Shown: positions 39,060 through 52,794, numbered from the stretch's first letter. The stretch: DNA of 64,000 nt from Octopus sinensis (GCF_006345805.1 NC_043005.1:106702001-106766000), one strand, 5' to 3'. Notes: generated from the sequence alone by a model not told the origin. Made by a program: numbers and translations.

Positions 39060-40243
39060 GTATATATGCATTTATGTATGCATGTATATTTATGTATGTA
39101 TGTATGTATGCATGTATATATGGATGCGCATGTGCGAGACAATGTTTACTGTTCCGTTTTCAGCTCTAATTGGTAATAACATTAAACTCCAACCGTTGCG
39201 TGATCCCACTGGGTTCTTCGTGATTTGAAGAGGCCTATGATATTATATACAAAACAGACCAATAATAACGACTTCAAATTGGTATTCCAATAATATGGAC
39301 TTGAAATTTGTACTCCTTTACCACATATGTTACATATGTTTCAGTTTTTGATAATAAATGATATTACACAACAAATTAAACTCATAGATATATTTCATAA
39401 GTGCAAAATACATAATATTTAGGTAGATGAGAAATTTAGAGTTAATACTGATCAAATGGCATTCCCATCGTAACCTAAATAATATATCTGCTGAATAGCT
39501 TGGTCCTGCATATCTCTTCTCTGTATTTGCTTATTAACGGTTTAAAAGTGGTATGAATTTTGATATAAATATTCTTCAAGCTGCAGGTGGATATGGAGAA
39601 ATTAAGTATCCTTTTTACCCTCCTAGCATGATCTGATTAATACAATTCCTGTGTATGTCTTCTGCAATGCCTCTCTACCCCTTACACTGGTCAAATGTTG
39701 TTAGTTTTACTACTGTCTATCTCCCTTAAAATGCTCTATATTCCAATCAGTTTAGTATAGCTTTGATCAATACATGAATGATGTACTTTTCCCTATCTTT
39801 GTAAAATCATTGTTGGAAAAATATTGGCTCGATTAATATACATGAATACTGCATGGTAGACTATTCTGAGAAATGCCAACATATCCAAAACGTATGCAAG
39901 CTAATTAAATAATGTATAATTCTCCATTCATTTCTGTCTTTCCATCACAATCTCTGACCTTATACTGAATTTAGTTGGTGTTTCAAGTTCGGGTTGAGAA
40001 ATTGGACAGGCAGCAGAAAGCAGTTTAGGGCCTTAATGGATTGCATTGGCTTGAGCAATTAAGTTAGCCAAGTTTGATCCCTACGAGTGCATCTAAAGTA
40101 TTTATATGGATGTCTAATCCCTCTTTCCTCTGTGGGAGTGAATACATATAAATATAAATACATATATATATGTGTGTGTGTGTGTGTATACCTCTCTCTC
40201 TATTTATCAATATGTATTTATATATGTGTATATATATATAGTA

Positions 40244-40317
<74 letters not shown>

Positions 40318-40597
40318 AATATATATATATAAACATAAATACATGTATAGATATGCATATGTATATAGATATATATGGTATATATATGTATATACATATA
40401 TATTGTATATGTACATACACACACACCCACACATATATATATATATACACATATAAATACACATATATATATACATGCACATATATATGTATATATTTGC
40501 ATATATGTGCATATATATGCATACACATATATGTATATATTGTATATATATATGTATATACATATATATTGCATATGTATATATATTCTGTTAGTAT

Positions 40598-40766
40598 TTT
40601 ACCTGTTTAAGTTATTTGACTGCGGCCATGCTGGATCGATCCCAGGACTTATTCTTTGTAAGCCTCGTACTTATTCTATCGATCTCTTTTGCCGAGCCGT
40701 TAAGTTACGGCGACGTAAACACATCAACATCGGTTGCCTGACGATAGGGGACAAACACACACACCA

Positions 40767-40821
<55 letters not shown>

Positions 40822-41002
40822 GCATTTACATAAATATATATACGACAAGCTTCTTTCAGTTTCCGTCAGCCAAATCCACTCACAAGTATTTGGTCGGCCC
40901 GAGGCTATAATAGAAACACTTGCTCAAGGAGCCAGGCAGTGGGACAGAACCCAGAACTATGTCTTTGGGAAGGACGCTTCTTACCATACAGCCTCGCTGC
41001 AT
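40598..41002 (-). mobile_element. SINE type C with expanded internal (AT)n
   Basis: Reverse complement of 5375-5711 and collinear with 62671-63072. Confidence 0.85.
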
Positions 41003-42776
41003 AATTGATATATATATATATATATATATACATATATATAAATAATTTATATATGTATACACATATATAAATATATAGATATGTAGATATAAACACACAC
41101 ACACATACATAGAACACAGTGATTTGTGTGTGTGTATATATATACACTTATACACATATCAGTCAGTATGCTTGTTGTGTTGGCTGCACAGCCTGGCTTC
41201 CAGATGTCTACAATACGATGAAGCATATGTTTTACGTGAAGGTTTCGGATTAAAAAAATATTGAGTTATGGGTTACATTTCCTCGAACAGAATTTTATAT
41301 AAAAAGAGAATGTTTTAAAAGATTTTAGTGAATATGCGTCTGTGTTTATATGTGTGTGTACGTATGTGTGTGAGTGTATGCGTGTGTGTTTGTGTGCCTG
41401 TGTGTGTGAGTGCATGTACATATGTGTGTTTGTACACATGTTTCTTTCATTATGTAAACATGTTTGGGGATAGATATCTGATCTGTACCGTTGTGCGACT
41501 TTCGTGTGAATGGATGGTACTTTTTGGTTGAATAAACGATACGACATTGATGATATACCATAGTAGAAGACTGAGAGAAAAAAAAGAAAATACGTACGGT
41601 TTCTTCTACTTGGGGAATGATATGTATCACTGATGTCATGACCCACAATCACAATCTGTGGTATCATTCTACAACGGGAAAATGTTATATGTTTTTAAGA
41701 TATAATAATTCAAAGAAGGAGACTATTAATGACAGCGGCTGAATATATATGAAATTGTATTTTTTCTAATGTGGATTTCACATCGGATGTTGTACTCTAT
41801 GATACACTATGGCAGAAAAACGTTTACAAAATATCTTACACGCAAATGCATTGAGTAGTCATAACTTTAACCATTTTCATTCTAGTTCTGTCAATGATAC
41901 TGTGGTAACGATACCTATTTGAGAAGGAAAAATCGCAACCACATATCTCACGAGCACGGCTCATCGAAGATGTAGACGATGATAAGGGGAACATCAATGT
42001 GATTGTTCAGCCCGTTAGAAATATCAAGAAACACCCACGCAGTTTTATCCTATCTGCGAAATAATGTAATTGAATTCCTTTAATCACTGATATAGTATAT
42101 TTGAGTTGATCTGAGACATTAATGACACCAGAAAGAACAAGGCCACAGTAGCTCGCAGAAAAATAATTATGACTAAATAATCAGTAATTAATTAATTGAT
42201 TAGTTAACAATAAAAACTGAAGTGAACTACAAAGAGTTTATTAGTAAACTGAAACTATCTCATTACAAAAATATCGGTTTCAATATAGGGTTTTACATAA
42301 AAATTTGCAACACATAAAAAACCCTGTAAACTAATAGATCTTGTTCAATATGATTTATGTAGCGTACATTTGCGCGGTTGACTGTCTCTGCTGAGCAACT
42401 GCTGTTTAAATTATGCGTTGATACAGCGGATCGGATGACTCAATCGCCAAAGGAGTTGAAATGATGTCAGACCAGATTATACTTTTTCGCAAATAATGTA
42501 CAAAAGAAATATCCTTGTTTCTTTTTTAAAATAAGGGATATTTAGCGTGCTTGAAAGACTGGAATGCGATTTGATTCATATTTTTGGCAGGGCATATACT
42601 CACGTTACGGTTTCCTGCTTTGATTCACACTAGTTTTTGAGTCCTTTTAGTATGCTTTAACAGTAGCGAACAAGTTTATGCGCTTCTGGTGAGATTTTAG
42701 TCGCTTCTACTTTCTCAAATTGACGTAAGCTGTGTTTTATTTCTAATTTTAAAAGAACATAATAAAAATTATGTAG

Positions 42777-42999
42777 CCTGAACAGGATAAGCTACCCCTA
42801 TTTTGCAGAAAAAAAGTGTTGGCGGCCGGCTATGAGACTCGAACTCACACCTCCGTGATTACGCGTCGCGGTGCTCTGACCCACTAAGCTAAACCACCAG
42901 AGCACCGCGGCGCGTAATCACGGAGGTGTGAGTTCGAGTCTCATAACCGGCCGCCAAAACTTTTTTTCTGCAAAATATGGGTAGCTTATCCTGTTCAGG
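42777..42999. repeat. Fold-back inverted repeat: 102-bp arms, 4 mismatches, 19-nt loop
   Basis: Arms 42777-42878 and 42898-42999 aligned by hand. Confidence 0.97.
42824..42898 (-). tRNA. tRNA-like sequence (Thr-CGT-like, probably a pseudo-tRNA) forming the left arm and loop of the fold-back
   Basis: GGTGGTT TA GCTTAGTGGGTCAGAGC A CCGCGA CGCGTAA TCACGG AGGT GTGAG TTCGAGT CTCAT AGCCGGC C: A box, B box, T arm, CGT anticodon, then T7 about 8 nt downstream. Acceptor and anticodon stems are imperfect. Confidence 0.55.
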
Positions 43000-43232
43000 T
43001 TATATTATTCGCATAATCCTGCGTTGGAGAACTAAAAATCACGTTTTTAAACTTTCTAAGACATCTCAACGCTTCTAAAGCAAGCTTCGCTTGTTTGTTT
43101 ACGTTCATCGTAATTTGAATTTAACATATAATAAAAATTGTTGAATCTCACTACCACCGAGGATATCTTCTGATAATAGTAATTCCTTAAAACACCTACA
43201 ATGGTATCTTGACATTTGGCCCTTCTCTTCAG

Positions 43233-43446
43233 AAGCGGAAGGTATTCAGCTATTAACAGTTATTGATACTGAAGATTCTGTTAAGGTTCATCATGAACAA
43301 AAAAGTTCAGATAAGGCTCACAACTGGGTATATGATGTTGGCACCAGAATTCATTGTCCTAAAGTCATTCACGGAAATACTGAACCCTGTAGGTTGGATT
43401 GTGATTTGGTGCGTTTTGAGGGAGTGTTGTATGCTTGTCGTTTTAG
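43233..43446 (+). CDS. Exon of the uncharacterised gene (AEGIQLLTVIDTEDSVKVHHEQKSSDKAHNWVYDVGTRIHCPKVIHGNTEPCRLDCDLVRFEGVLYACRF)
   Basis: Strong acceptor ttggcccttctcttcag| and donor TAG|gtaaga; 214 bp, 70 uninterrupted codons, phase 1-2. Confidence 0.72.
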
Positions 43447-43654
43447 GTAAGAAGAACTTGAATCAGATTCACCAAGTTGCAACAATATCTGCAAAAGGTT
43501 GTTGATTACAATTACAATAAACCACATCGTTATCGTCACCACCATCATAAGAATCACCATTGTCATTATTATGACCATCATCATCACCATGATAGTGATA
43601 GTAATAACATCATCATCATCATCATCATCATTAACGACAACAACGACAATAATT

Positions 43655-43866
43655 ATGGTTTCAAATTTTGCCACAGGGGCAACTACTTTAGGGGAGGAGA
43701 TGAGTTGATTACATCTACCCCTCCCCAGCATTTCACTGGTACTTAATTTATCGACCCCGAAAGGATGAAAGGCAAAGTCGACCTCAGCGGAATTTGAACT
43801 CAGAACGTAAAGACAGACAAAATACCTCTAAGCATTTTGCCCGCGCCCTAACGATTCTGCCAACTC
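43655..43866 (-). mobile_element. SINE type A, alternative-tail subfamily
   Basis: Reverse-complement core TTATCGACCCCGAAAGGATGAAAGGCAAAGTCGAC and head. Confidence 0.85.
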
Positions 43867-43884
43867 CTAATAATAATAATAATG

Positions 43885-43949
<65 letters not shown>

Positions 43950-43955
43950 AATAAT

Positions 43956-44161
43956 GGTTTAAGATCTTGCCCCAAGCGCAGCAATTTTGGGGGATGGGGT
44001 TAGGACGATTACATCGATTCCAGTGCGTAACAGTTACTTATTTAATGACCCCCCCACCCAAGGATGAAAGGCAAAATCGACCTCCGCGGAATGTGAACTC
44101 AAAAAGTAAAGACGGGTGGAATATCGCCAAGCATTTTGCCCGGCGTGCTAACGATTCTACC

Positions 44162-44194
<33 letters not shown>

Positions 44195-44422
44195 TAATAA
44201 TAATAATAATAATAATGGTTTAAGATCTTGCCCCAAGCGCAGCAATTTTGGGGGATGGGGTTAGGACGATTACATCGATTCCAGTGCGTAACAGTTACTT
44301 ATTTAATGACCCCCCCACACAAGGATGAAAGGCAAAATCGACCTCCGCGGAATGTGAACTCAAAAAGTAAAGACGGGTGGAATATCGCCAAGCATTTTGC
44401 CCGGCGTGCTAACGATTCTACC

Positions 44423-44456
<34 letters not shown>

Positions 44457-44466
44457 TAATAATAAT
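43956..44466 (-). repeat. Local tandem duplication (period 261 bp) of a diverged SINE type A plus (AAT)n
   Basis: 43956-44161 and 44217-44422 are almost identical and share the same departures from the consensus. Confidence 0.93.
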
Positions 44467-44931
44467 AAAAGATGAGCTACAGCAAATATTCTGCTCAATA
44501 CCACAGATTTGCTTGTCAGTTGTTTGACCTTAACCAGTTGAGCATGTCCCTTAGTGGCTGACGATATGTGCATCTCTGATCACGAGCAGAAGTAGTGGGG
44601 GAGCATCATAGCCATGTGTTGAGAGGGATTCTTTGGGGTTTGAATAATTCACCTCTGGAAACATGGGTGGTTCTTTCAACATCCTTAAACAACCCTAATT
44701 CAGGGACCTTTTGAGCGGGATGGGCTACTCAACCTGAAGGAAATTCTAACTGGGCCCCACCTGCAAGGTCATGTGCTGTTTATCTTGATATGAGATCACC
44801 ATGTCGCGCACATATGGTTGTGATGCATGTGCCTGGTGTACCTTTGTCAGACGGGTAGTCATGATGGGTATATTGGGCTTCGTATATTTTACCCCAGTGT
44901 CACTTTGATGGCATGAACTGCTCTCTCACTC
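44467..44931 (+). mobile_element. Second copy of the unclassified (AAT)n-tailed repeat
   Basis: Reverse complement of 29049-29514; (AAT)n on both sides. Confidence 0.8.
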
Positions 44932-45676
44932 AATAATAATAATGGTAATTGATACCGACACTATCATCATTGCTTTTATCATAACTACCACAGAAACCAC
45001 TATTATCGATGATCCTCAGTAAACTCGTCATCACTGTGCTAAAACCATTATAAAAACCACCACCACCACCAGCACGACCTTCCCCAGCACCATTGCAACT
45101 ACTACCAGCAGCAGCACCACCACCACAACCACCACTACCACGACAACCACCACCACCACCACCACCACCACCATCATTATCTCCAGCATCACCATCATCA
45201 TCATCATCACCATCCTCTTCCTCCTCCTCCTCCTCCTCCTCATCATCATCATCGTCGTCGTCGTCGTCATCTGGATAAACCATATCTTTTCGACGGCAAG
45301 TATTAATTAATTGCCAAAGTGCAGGTGTGTATTATATATGCATGTATGTATGTATATATTTCTATGTATGCATTTATGTTTCTACGCACATAAGCGTACG
45401 TGTGTGTATACACACACACACACATACACACACATGAACGCTCACGCGCACACACACATACGCTTAAATATATGTATTATGTTTTTCAAGAATATGACGC
45501 CTTTATAGCATGTGCATATATATACCGCTTCGTGTACTTATATATGAATATACATTCACACGAATAAAATATATGTGTATATGTGCATATACGAATACAA
45601 AATCATTTATATATATTGCGTATATGTATGCATATACAGGCATACACGCACGCACACATACATATATATATATCCG

Positions 45677-45779
<103 letters not shown>

Positions 45780-45816
45780 TGTACATACATGTATATACAT
45801 ACATATATATATATAT

Positions 45817-45942
<126 letters not shown>

Positions 45943-47111
45943 ATATATATATACCTATACCTATGTAAATATACACGTATAACAAGCAATTTCGAAAAGT
46001 GTGTCTTCTGAAATTTATCAACTTTTCAAAAATATTAATTACAGAAATTAATAAGAGAAGTTTGATTAACTTTTGACAAATTTTGTGTCTTTATATATTT
46101 ACAATTTGGTTTAGTTTCTTATTTTGATATTTTTTCGTTTTACTGTCTTCTTTGCATTTCATTTTCGGTTAGCCATTTGTCTCAATTAATTCATATATTT
46201 ATATTTTTGGCTGTTTACAATCATAAATAACTAGAAAATTACAGAAAGCAGAGAATTTTGTTGCAGTTGTTGTTATTGTTGCCATTGTTTTAGCTTTTGT
46301 TTCGTTGTTTTCAGTGAAAAGAATAACTTTGAATGAAATTATCACTGCAAAAATTGGGTCAACCTATTTTGAATTAACTTACGTATATAAGAAATGCTGT
46401 TTATATGTGTATATGTATTTTTGTATATGTGAATAATGTATCTATGTATCTATGCATGCATGTATGTTTGCATGTATGCACACACACATTCATGATTGAA
46501 ATTGTACACTTCTTCCCATATCCGAACGTAAAATTTCTTTTCCAGTTTACTTATGCATATGCATGTGTCTGTATGTACACACCAGTATGTGCATGTGAGT
46601 GTAAATCGGCGCAAGCACACTGACATACAATACCTGACAAGGTATGCACATACATGTATGCATATATGTAACTTGTTCATACATAGATATACACATACAT
46701 TAGATGATACGCTAATTTCAACAACTCTCGCTCAGCCCCATTATCCCACGAACTATATAAAAATGTTAGCTTACAAAATAAATTAAAAAATAACAGGCAG
46801 AAAAATATTAATAAAAAAAAGTTAAAATAGCAAAATACTAAACAAAAAATTAGTCGTTCCGTTATTTTATTATTTTCTTAATAAATTCTAGCTCTTTTAA
46901 TTCATAAGCTATTATCTTTTCTGTTAATTCTTTGTGTTCGTAGATTTAATGAAAAACTTTCAAATTGACGCTATTTTTAATTAATAATCCATTCGACAAT
47001 TGAAGCATTATTTATTTCAAGTTCTAATTCATTATATATGTATCATGATTCGTGTGAATAATTCTTGCGTCTATACATACATACATACACACATAAATAT
47101 ATATATACATA

Positions 47112-47155
<44 letters not shown>

Positions 47156-47879
47156 ATGTATATATATGATATATATGTGTGTGTGTGTACAGCTATAAAT
47201 ATGCAAATATGTATATAAATGTATGTATATATATAAATACATACATTTACAGACATACATATAAGTGTTACATATTTATGTACATCATCATATATATGCG
47301 CTTGTATGTATTGATATATGTACGTGTGTGTGCAACTTTGTGTAAATGTTTTCTGTTGCCTCTCTTTACGCCTCTTCTATTTTATCCTACGTTACCGATA
47401 TTTTCTTTTTTATTTCTCCTGTTTGTTTATATTTTTGCTAATTCTGTTTTACCTCACCCAACCATAAACACATATACATTCTCACACACACACACACAGA
47501 CATTCACAAACAAGGACGTACATACACGCACGCTTATGCACAAAAACTCATATACACACACATGCCCGAACATACACACCATAATTTCACACTAGAAATA
47601 TTTAACACCAAACAAATTAAGGACATTGCAACTAATTTTAAGTTTATATTTAAGGAGTTTATTAACATAACCGCCATCCCCATCATCAAGAAATTAATGT
47701 TGATGACGGGGACAACGTCGATAGCGGTGTTAATGGTGAAAATAATTATGCCGACGATGATAACGAAGGAGAATGGTGGAATATAATCTTTTAATTTTTT
47801 GACTTCGGTGCATTCAAAATAATATGAATTTGATATTCTAACAGAACAGTAATAATATCAATACCCTAATAATCATTCT

Positions 47880-48091
47880 TTTCTGTTCTAGGCACAAGGC
47901 CCGAAATTTTGGGCATGGATGCCAGTCGATTACATCAACCCCATTATGCAACTGGTACTTAATTTATCGACTCCGAAAGGATGAAAGGCAAAGTCGACCA
48001 CGGCGAAATTTGAACTCAGAATGTAACGACAGACGAAATACCGCTAAGCATTTCGCCCGGCGCGCTAACGTTTCTGCCAGCTCGACGCCTT
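47880..48091 (-). mobile_element. SINE type A, alternative-tail subfamily
   Basis: CTAGGCACAAGGCCCGAAATTTT tail, core and head in reverse complement. Confidence 0.9.
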
Positions 48092-49108
48092 ACAAGAACA
48101 CAGTGTATAGATTTAGCAAGAAAAGTTTAATATCTGACGATACTTTAACATGTTAATGAGGTGTCGTCTCAGAAATATACAATTGTTTTCTTGAATTAAA
48201 CATTGTTGTTTACGTCAAAACACTGAAAACATGTCAAAGAAAAGTTAACTGTAACGAGCTCTTATTCATTAGCTCCTCTCTTTGCGTACATTTACTTTTA
48301 AGAAATTCATTAATATTATAAATGTCATCAATATTCCTTCATATACTATAATAGAAAGGTCTTTTTAAAACTTTTAGACAGGAAATAAGAATTGTCATAC
48401 CACTGTCGAAGAAATGACTGGTATAATTCGTAAAAATGAAAAGTTGTTAATATGTTAAACGTGTGTTAGTGAGTTCAATTCTAGAATTGTCCAATCTGTA
48501 TATATAAGTATACACCAGCATAATTATGATTGCAACATTAAAATATAATTAAAATAAATAAAACCTATCAGATAATATATGTTTCATATTATTACTTGTT
48601 ACTGAAGTATCCTAATAGTAGTTTCACATCCACATAAAATTAATGAGATTCACTACAAATTAACTGAAATTATATTTAATGGGTGTTGTTATTTTCTATG
48701 GCGTAAAGAGAGCCGTAAGGGCTGACATTTTTGTACCACAAATAATAGAAACTGATGTTGTATTGAAATCCATGCTAACCAAATTTGCTCAGATAAAGGA
48801 AATGTCCTTAGGGGATGAATGTTCAAAGTACTTCCAAAGATATATACGGAAGGACATAATACATCCAGAGTTACTTCTAGAGAAATCTTGGAAGTTATTG
48901 CATGTGTACTAGGCACTATACTCTTAAAGACATGAGCCAGGAGGCAAAGACAGAAGCTCAAATTGGCCACTCGTCATTTTAGAGGAAGCAAATAAGTGCA
49001 TTGTTTAGTAAAAGTAGAATTTCAAAATAAAGTACTTGTTTAGCAGAAGAGATGGACTGTAGTATTTTAGTAATTTCTTCGGAGAATTTCGTTTCTGATC
49101 TTTTTTAG

Positions 49109-49214
49109 GCTTTGTCAAAGGGGTAAGATAGTACCCGTATCCATTTTAGGGATTCTCAGCCAAGTGGAAAAGAGGGAGAAAGATATTATCAGACTGGTGG
49201 CTTTGCAAAATTGT
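49109..49214 (+). CDS. Putative exon (RLCQRGKIVPVSILGILSQVEKREKDIIRLVALQNC)
   Basis: Strong acceptor tttctgatcttttttag|; phase-2 start matches 43446; TGT|gtaaac gives phase 0, matching 56190. A competing donor GG|gtaaga after 49122 would give a 14-bp micro-exon. Confidence 0.4.
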
Positions 49215-50188
49215 GTAAACATCTGGAACTCTCTACAACTGCTCATTTAATTTTATGAGCTTTTTCCAGTCATCTTCTCTTCACACATGAAATAATTTAG
49301 CCTCTATCAAAGAATGGCAATCAATGAGATTCCTATTAAGTATAAAAGAATAGAGATGTACAGTTAACAGATGCGTATGTATATATGTTGAGAAATATTG
49401 AGAGGAGCCAATAAAGGCAGATAAATTAATAAAATCGACGGATTATCAACATTTTCAGAGGTTTTTGTCCCTCTTTTTGTCTTAATGGAAGGAAAAGTTA
49501 TACGTCTCTGTTGTGAAGAGAATGAAAGGCAGAGAAAAGGAGTATTATAGAGACAGTAGGTTAGTTAGATGAACAGGCAGATGGAAGATGACTACGTAGT
49601 GAGATGGGATGAGAACGAATCAGAGGCCAACAACTTGTGTGACGAGGAATCATGTGAGCAAGTAGTGAAATAGAGACTGATAGACTCAAGAGAAAGATGT
49701 AATATGAGTAAAAACGGAGAACTAGAAAGTAGACACATACAACGCTACAAATAGATATTGGAAATCAGAGAAAAAAGGATCAAATTATAGTAGTATAGTG
49801 ATTAAGACAATGATAGAGAGAATGTGATTGAAAGAGATCCAAATGTGACAGCTATTGGTGAGAGAAGTCTTCGGAAAAAGGTTTAGGCAGACTTTGATTG
49901 AGAGATAAAATGGCGAGGTAAATGTTTATATTGATGGAGAGGAAAACAAATAACTGACTTACTTAATTCATTGATAAAAATAAAGGAGAGTAAGTAGAGG
50001 CATATCGAATAACTGAAAGAAGAATGAATGAAACACGAGAAGAAAATTTAAGAAGGTTTGAAGCAGAATTATTAATTATTGGAAGGAGGCAGAAATATAA
50101 CTCTTTTATGGAAAATTACCACCCAAGCACACTCTCACTCATTTATGATAGCGTTCAGAAGGGGGAGTTATATGGGATAATGCCATCG

Positions 50189-50240
50189 TTAATAAAGAAA
50201 ATCTGAAACAGTTGTGACTGTTTCAGATTTTCTTTATTAA
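50189..50240. repeat. Perfect 24-bp inverted repeat with 4-nt loop, TTAA at both ends
   Basis: TTAATAAAGAAAATCTGAAACAGT-TGTG-ACTGTTTCAGATTTTCTTTATTAA. Confidence 0.95.
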
Positions 50241-50269
50241 AGGCTATCTTGATCAGCAGCAACAACAGT

Positions 50270-50636
50270 GGAGGCACAATGGCCCAATGGTTAGGGCAGC
50301 GGACTCGCAGTCAGAGGATCGTGGTTTCGATTCCCAGACCGGGCGTTGTGTGTGTTTATTGAGCGAAAACACCTAAGGCTTCACGAGGCTCCACCAGGGG
50401 ATGGGGTAGCGACCCCTGTTGTACCCTTTCGCTCCAACTTTCTCTCACTCTTTCGTCCCTGACTTCCTACACAACCGCTGAGCCTGGATGCACATTCATC
50501 CATCCATCGATGCTCTCGGTGTCGGGGGTTGACCTGCTTTCTCTTCTGCGGATCTTACGAATAGCAAAGGACCACGTTTCGGACTTCTCCCATCTTGCAA
50601 GCTCTGGGACGAAGACCGTTCGCTCAACAGCAACAA
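50270..50636 (+). mobile_element. SINE type B variant: same ~190-bp head, different 3' half
   Basis: Aligns with 2908 and 13246 up to CTTTCTCTCACTCTTT (~50452), then unrelated. Confidence 0.85.
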
Positions 50637-51780
50637 AAAGAAGAAAGGTCCTATCGAATATAGCTGTCAAAGTTATAACTGTAAGATAGAACATTTTGAT
50701 AAGTATAACATACGATTGACAATAACAAAATTACATTGAATTTATTAGTGCGTGGGTATATATAAAATTATTCATTATGATTCTATCGCGAAAGATTTGT
50801 ATATCTTTGCATTGCACCCCCAAAATATGCTGTGTCTGATGATGCTATTGTTGTTGTTGATGCTGATGATGTTGAGGAGGATGAGGATGTGAATGGTGAC
50901 GACGATGACGATGCGCATGTGTGTAAGTAATACCTCGTCAGGATAACGATAAGCATATAAAACTAGAGTAATATTGAAGAATCATATAAAGATATTTATT
51001 TATCATTAAAAGGATTTTCAGTTTTAACCTTTGACCAATTTTCGATTCATTGAAATTTCGTACAGTAAACTTTGACATTCTCATCAGAGAAAATATTACA
51101 CTCAACGCACAGCGAAGGCATCATGCAAACTTATAGCAAGTTTGACCTAATGCTATCAACCGACAACAAATAAATAGATAATGTTTTAATATACTCTAAA
51201 ATTATACACGGCATTAAAAAGTAACAATTTTATTAATAGAACATATTTGGTTATATAAATATATCGTTAAACATTACATGATCACCATTTATAGTATTTT
51301 TGTTCCCTGTTTTATGTTAGATTTTTTTGTAATCTTCTGACTTCAATACCTTTCATATTCTCTTGATAAATTTTATTTAAAGCCATGAATTTCACAGTAA
51401 TTTAAGTAATTGCTTTCAGTCTATTTTGAGACGCTCAATAAATGACCTCTGTTAGATAAAATACAAGGAAGTCCGTTAAGCATGTATGCATGTCGATCGC
51501 AACCCATATTTGCTTTATACACATTCTCTCTTTCTCTCTCTTGCACATAAATTATTTATATATCTGTACACTTGTCTATATATATATATTATATATATAG
51601 ATCTATACACATAAGAATATATAGATTTTAAATATACATACGCATATGTATAAATACATATGTATATATAAATATGTATATATATAAATATGCATACATA
51701 TATGTATATATTTATGTGTATATATGTATGTATATATGTATATACATATCTATATATGTATATATATGTACATATGTATG

Positions 51781-51814
<34 letters not shown>

Positions 51815-52037
51815 AATATAGATACGTATATATGCGTATAAGTTCATACGTAACTATTTATGCGCACACATTTGTGAATACACACATCCACACTAGCGAA
51901 TACACAAACATATATATATATATCTATCCGTGAATATATGTGTGTACATAAATATATGTATATATATATATAAATGAATAGATATGTGTGTGAGTGAATA
52001 TATATATATGTATATGTGTATATATGTATATACGTAT

Positions 52038-52080
<43 letters not shown>

Positions 52081-52119
52081 ATATATATATATGTATGTAT
52101 GTATGTATATATATATATA

Positions 52120-52185
<66 letters not shown>

Positions 52186-52745
52186 CATGTAGATTTATAT
52201 GGTTTTAAATTTACGCTACTTTTACTGTATAATATATAAGCAAATATGCACAAGTACATATATGTTTGTGTGCTTAGAAAGAGAGTTAGATAGGTAGATA
52301 AGTAGGCAGATAGATAGAAAAAGATATTAACATAAACTGCAGCATGAAATATTTCTAGCTTGTCTTAAATTACTTCCATAGAACTAATAAATGTGATTGC
52401 TATGGCAACACATTGAATTTTTAAAGCTTGTTGATGAAACAAACTTATGGAAACAAATACAAAAACGAAAATGAACTGAAAAACAAAAACACCAAAAGAC
52501 TAACCCAAAATATTATAGCCATTGTTTTTAACAACTCGGATAGGTCTTAACACCCTCAGATTTCATTGGTTAGAAAGAAACATATCGTCAAATTTTTCGT
52601 TTGTTTTACATGCATTTTCAAGTACACACACATATATATGTACACACACACACACACACGCACATATATATATATATCAATATATGCTTATATATATATA
52701 TACATATATATATATATGTATATGTATATATATACATATATACAT

Positions 52746-52783
<38 letters not shown>

Positions 52784-52794
52784 AAGACAAACAC

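Noticed and set aside
41909-42065. Open frame EKSQPHISRARLIEDVDDDKGNINVIVQPVRNIKK
   Set aside because: Weak acceptor, no donor before the stop, no homology recognised.
42824-42898. Functional tRNA-Thr(CGT) gene
   Set aside because: G.G mismatch and wobbles in the acceptor stem, a mismatch in the anticodon stem and G at the normally invariant U33 position; kept only as tRNA-like.
48679-48970. Overlapping 77-aa (+) and 93-aa (-) ORFs
   Set aside because: No recognisable motif and ambiguous splice sites on both strands; could not be placed with confidence.
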